64,000 nucleotides of DNA, taken from contig JBMORT010000006.1 in the NCBI GenBank assembly GCA_049319825.1, positions 299,641 to 363,640 of the forward strand, given 5' to 3'. The notes under the pieces were generated by a model that was not told where the DNA came from, did not search any database, and saw only the letters and a program-made list of their open reading frames with translations. This DNA is from Patescibacteria group bacterium (GTDB lineage: Bacteria; Patescibacteriota; Patescibacteriia; UBA11705; DATKZF01). Of this stretch, positions 61,285-64,000 are shown one piece after another. The first letter of the stretch is position 1. Each line of letters opens with the position of its first letter. Position numbers and translations under genes: made by a program.

Positions 61285-61415
61285 CCGGAAAAAGTAGAAG
61301 AAAAATTTGGGTAAAGCCCGAGCCGAGCCCCGAACCGCATACGCTGTGTTATACGCCCCGACGACCGAAGGGAGGAGAGCGCAGCGGGGCGAGGAGCGTA
61401 GCGAAGCGAGTTGAT
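61285..61415. repeat. Repeat R1 (…AAATTTGGGTAAAGCCCGAGC…CGACCGAAGGGAGGAGAGCGCAGCG…); second copy at 62835-62960
   Basis: ~85% identity between the copies. Confidence 0.75.
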
Positions 61416-61427
61416 TTAGAGGCACGG

Positions 61428-61682
61428 TTATCTAAAACTTGGCTTCCAGCTCATATTCATATATTTGTCACCACGCTTTAATTCATCGAGCATTTGATTC
61501 AAACGCTTTTGCTTAGTTTCTTCACGTTTTGCGCGAGTGATCCAACCAATGTAATCATTTCTTTGGTATGGTGGACGTATATTGTAAGCGTTCATTAGCT
61601 TATTTTTTTCGAGCGCATCTTTTACAAATGCGGGCATTGGATAGCGTGGCCTTGTAAGACGAGATGGTTGTTTGTTTATCAT
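61428..61682 (-). CDS. YdeI/OmpD-associated family protein (DUF1801-like)
   Basis: VKDALEKN...NDYIGWITRAKREETKQKRL..ML.EL pattern. Confidence 0.55.
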   Translation of the reverse strand: MINKQPSRLTRPRYPMPAFVKDALEKNKLMNAYNIRPPYQRNDYIGWITRAKREETKQKRLNQMLDELKRGDKYMNMSWKPSFR

Positions 61683-61740
61683 AAGATTATGAGCTTAGCA
61701 AAATTTAAAAGTTTTTCCATTAAGTGCCTCTAAATCAATT

Positions 61741-61920
61741 GCGTACAATGTGCTGCGGCTCATGCGAAGGGACGCCGCGCCGTAGGCGCGAAGCGTACTT
61801 TCGCATAGCTGGCTGCTCGGCGAAGTCGCGAAGCGAAGCGAGCGAAGAAGCGAAACAGCGGCGGAGCCGCAGCACATTGCACAAAATAGCGAGCGAAGCG
61901 AGCGATTTTGTGCAACGTTT
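61741..61920. repeat. MITE-like element R2 with ~16-bp terminal inverted repeats (…GTGCTGCGGCTC … GAGCCGCAGCAC…); second copy at 62655-62815
   Basis: Terminal inverted repeats plus an internal hairpin; two copies in direct orientation. Confidence 0.75.
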
Positions 61921-62167
61921 AAGAATAAAAGAAGTCCCGCGCCGACTAAAAGCGTAAAACTTATTTTATTCTCAAGACTTGTTAAATGGCATTAACTCTA
62001 TTATATCACAGAACTAAGGCGTGGGATTTGGGAAAATGCCGAGCCGAGGCATTTTCCTTTTATTCTTTGTTAGGCGAGGGTTTGATTTCCTTCCTAAATA
62101 TAAAAAATATAAAAGTAAAAAAGAAATCAAAAGCGCAGCGTCCCCTTGAGTTCTGTCTGCTAAAAAT

Positions 62168-62620
62168 TTAAAAACCGTGCTCGCTATAAAACACACCATC
62201 CCTAATACATTCTAATGCCTGTTTAATATATGGAATAGTGTTTTTTGGAATCTTGTCAAAGGAAAACCAACTTAAATCATCGCACTTATGCGGCTCCATA
62301 TTTTTTAACTCGCCACTCCAATCATCAGCTTTAACAAAGACATCCAATCTTTCCCTTGCACCAACATCATTAAAAATAACTTGGCGATCCATAACATGAA
62401 CGACTTGCAAATCATTTGGATTTAAAATTATCCCCGCTTCTTCCTTTGCTTCACGAGCCATTGCTTGTCGAAAAGTTTCCTGACCATCAAGATGACCAGC
62501 AACTAAACTATAATTTCCATCTTCGTATCCAGTATTATAACGCCTCAACATTAAAAATTTTTCATCTTTCACTAACACAAGATAAGAAGCGGGGGTAATT
62601 TTAAATCTTTCCTTTGACAT
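62168..62620 (-). CDS. NUDIX hydrolase
   Basis: Nudix box GHLDGQETFRQAMAREAKEEAGI. Confidence 0.75.
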   Translation of the reverse strand: MSKERFKITPASYLVLVKDEKFLMLRRYNTGYEDGNYSLVAGHLDGQETFRQAMAREAKEEAGIILNPNDLQVVHVMDRQVIFNDVGARERLDVFVKADDWSGELKNMEPHKCDDLSWFSFDKIPKNTIPYIKQALECIRDGVFYSEHGF

Positions 62621-62654
62621 ATGGTTTTTAAATTTTTAGCAGACAGAATTTCGC

Positions 62655-62960
62655 CTAAGGTGCTGCGGCTCATGCGAAGGGACGCCGCGCCGGAGGCGCG
62701 AGGCGGCCTTTCGCATAGCCGCTGTTAGACGAAGTCGCGAAGCGACGAGGAAAACAGCGGCGGAGCCGCAGCACCTTAGCCAAAATCGCGGAGCGATTTT
62801 GGCTAACGTTAGGGATATGCGAAGTTTTTCTGGAACGAAGTGGAAGAAAAATTTGGGTGAAGCCCGAGCTGAGGGCTGAACCGCATATCCCTTGTTATAC
62901 GCCCCGACGACCGAAGGGAGGAGAGCGCAGCGTGGCACGAAGCGTAGCGGAGTGAGTTCA
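62655..62960. repeat. Adjacent R2 and R1 repeat copies
   Basis: See 61285-61415 and 61741-61920. Confidence 0.75.
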
Positions 62961-63077
62961 AAAAATATTTTTCGTCTCAATTATCGGATAGGCTTTCCTC
63001 ATTAATTATATATTTGATTTTTTCCGTTTTGAAAAATGAAAGAGGGGTTAGGGGTGAATTTCATTTTTCAAAACTCC

Positions 63078-64000
63078 TTATTCATTATGTTTTTTTATTA
63101 ATTTAACAACTCCTTCGTTAGCGTCAACCTCAACAAAGTCCCCGTCACTAAATATTTCTGTTGCATGTTTAGTTCCGACAATGCAAGGTTTTTTCATTTC
63201 TCTTGCGACAATAGCTGCATGTGAAGTTATGCCTCCGACATCCGTTACAAAAGCTACCGCTTTTTTCATTGCAGGTAATAATTGAGGGCTTGTTGCTCTT
63301 GAAATTAAAATTTCGCCTTCTTTTACCTTACTATTGTGTTGTGGTCCAAATACTAATTTTATGACGCCCTTAACTTTTCCGGGTTGTGCAATTTGACCTT
63401 TTACCGTTTCTTTATCTTCTATATCTTCTTTCATGAGTTTGTCTGCAAGAAATGTTTCTGCTTCTTTGCTGACAAGGAATTTATATTTTTTATCCACTGG
63501 GATAACAACACTATGTATCCATCTTTTTTCTAAATCTTTTGGCAAAGACTTGCCCGTCAAAATATCACAGACTTCTTCAGTATAAAGTGCTTCAAGAAAT
63601 TCAGGTTGTATTTTTTCTCTTTCTGCAACTAAATCAATAATCTTGTTAGTTAAAACATGCAAAAATTGCCTTGAATCCGCTCTAAGTGATTTGATTTTTA
63701 TCAATGATGTAGAAACATCAAATAATCTTTGCTCGTTTTCTGAAAGTTTTAATTCCTTTTTTAATTCGTTTGGCGAAGGATAAGTTTCCTCGTTTTTTGT
63801 TTCTTCTTTTATTGCGTCGATATGCTCTATAGTTAAACCTCTACCAATATATCCTTGGTCGAGCCAAAAATATTTTTGTAGTAATTCGCTTTTATTTTCG
63901 GCGGTTCTAATCTCATCGTATGCTTTTTCTGTTAAGCTTTTTTCAGCGGGGTTTCCTAAAACATGTGTGTATGTCGTTAGACTATGCTTTAGATTTTTAC
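63078..64000 (-). CDS. PEP-utilizing enzyme (pyruvate,water dikinase / PEP synthase-like) C-terminal mobile domain; N-terminus beyond window
   Basis: GGITSHAAIVAREMKKPCIVG phospho-histidine mobile domain; the frame is open with no stop from 63704 to the window end. Confidence 0.65.
   Translation of the reverse strand, partial: KNLKHSLTTYTHVLGNPAEKSLTEKAYDEIRTAENKSELLQKYFWLDQGYIGRGLTIEHIDAIKEETKNEETYPSPNELKKELKLSENEQRLFDVSTSLIKIKSLRADSRQFLHVLTNKIIDLVAEREKIQPEFLEALYTEEVCDILTGKSLPKDLEKRWIHSVVIPVDKKYKFLVSKEAETFLADKLMKEDIEDKETVKGQIAQPGKVKGVIKLVFGPQHNSKVKEGEILISRATSPQLLPAMKKAVAFVTDVGGITSHAAIVAREMKKPCIVGTKHATEIFSDGDFVEVDANEGVVKLIKKHNE

Noticed and set aside
62636-62980. 114-aa ORF, plus 61695-61877 (60 aa) and 61724-61957 (77 aa)
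   Set aside because: They lie entirely within the R1 and R2 repeat copies, so they are repeat-derived frames rather than genes.

Overview
This ~64 kb window comes from a low-GC (~40%) bacterium whose gene content and intergenic style suggest a Patescibacteria/CPR-like organism. That lineage call is an inference, not a demonstrated fact. Most of the window is housekeeping genes: recG (5'-truncated), mpg, radA, clpC, htpX, lemA, a PGM/PMM-family mutase, murI, rseP, gap, ligA, gatC, gatA, queH, uvrD/pcrA, dnk, a WecA/MraY-like transferase, rplU, recR, ybaB, dnaB, folD, glyA, an HD-GYP protein, a Nudix hydrolase, and a PEP-utilizing enzyme truncated at the 3' edge. No tRNA, rRNA or CRISPR was recognised.

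Three things stand out. (1) An ~8 kb island (about 23.5-31.6 kb) with ~60-68% GC, entirely on the minus strand. It encodes two large secreted proteins and two lipoproteins built from tandem CDGxDNDCDGxxDEG (MopE-like) cysteine motifs, plus small acidic or cysteine-rich proteins. The two lipoprotein genes share a conserved structured leader, and every gene in the island ends in a CCCAAC...GTTGGG terminator hairpin. (2) Just after rplU, a perfect consensus sigma70 promoter (TTGACA-17-TGnTATAAT) with a strong Shine-Dalgarno site drives a 63-aa five-cysteine peptide, followed by long perfect GC-rich palindromes and a 93-aa ORF. (3) Repeat and selfish-element activity is dense. Two GIY-YIG genes are flanked by inverted repeats, with solo repeat copies elsewhere. 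A palindromic repeat is inserted in-frame in radA, and a 9-bp microsatellite is inserted in-frame in murI. A DUF1704-like gene is inserted at the recR 3' end between 35-bp direct repeats. An 18-bp direct repeat flanks a high-GC cysteine-repeat gene. A GxxExxY gene with an in-frame stop sits in a repeat-flanked spacer between gatC and gatA. There is a degraded four-helix-bundle pseudogene, and nested MITE-like repeats surround the nudix and ydeI-like genes.

Other notable proteins: a ClpC-like ATPase with an N-terminal DnaJ-type zinc finger and two TM helices; a second clpC translationally coupled to a disordered tail-anchored protein; an Amidase_2 fused to a VirB2-like TM hairpin; and a 560-aa HExxH protein coupled to queH. 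Off-by-a-few-nucleotide errors are possible in the boundaries I derived myself.
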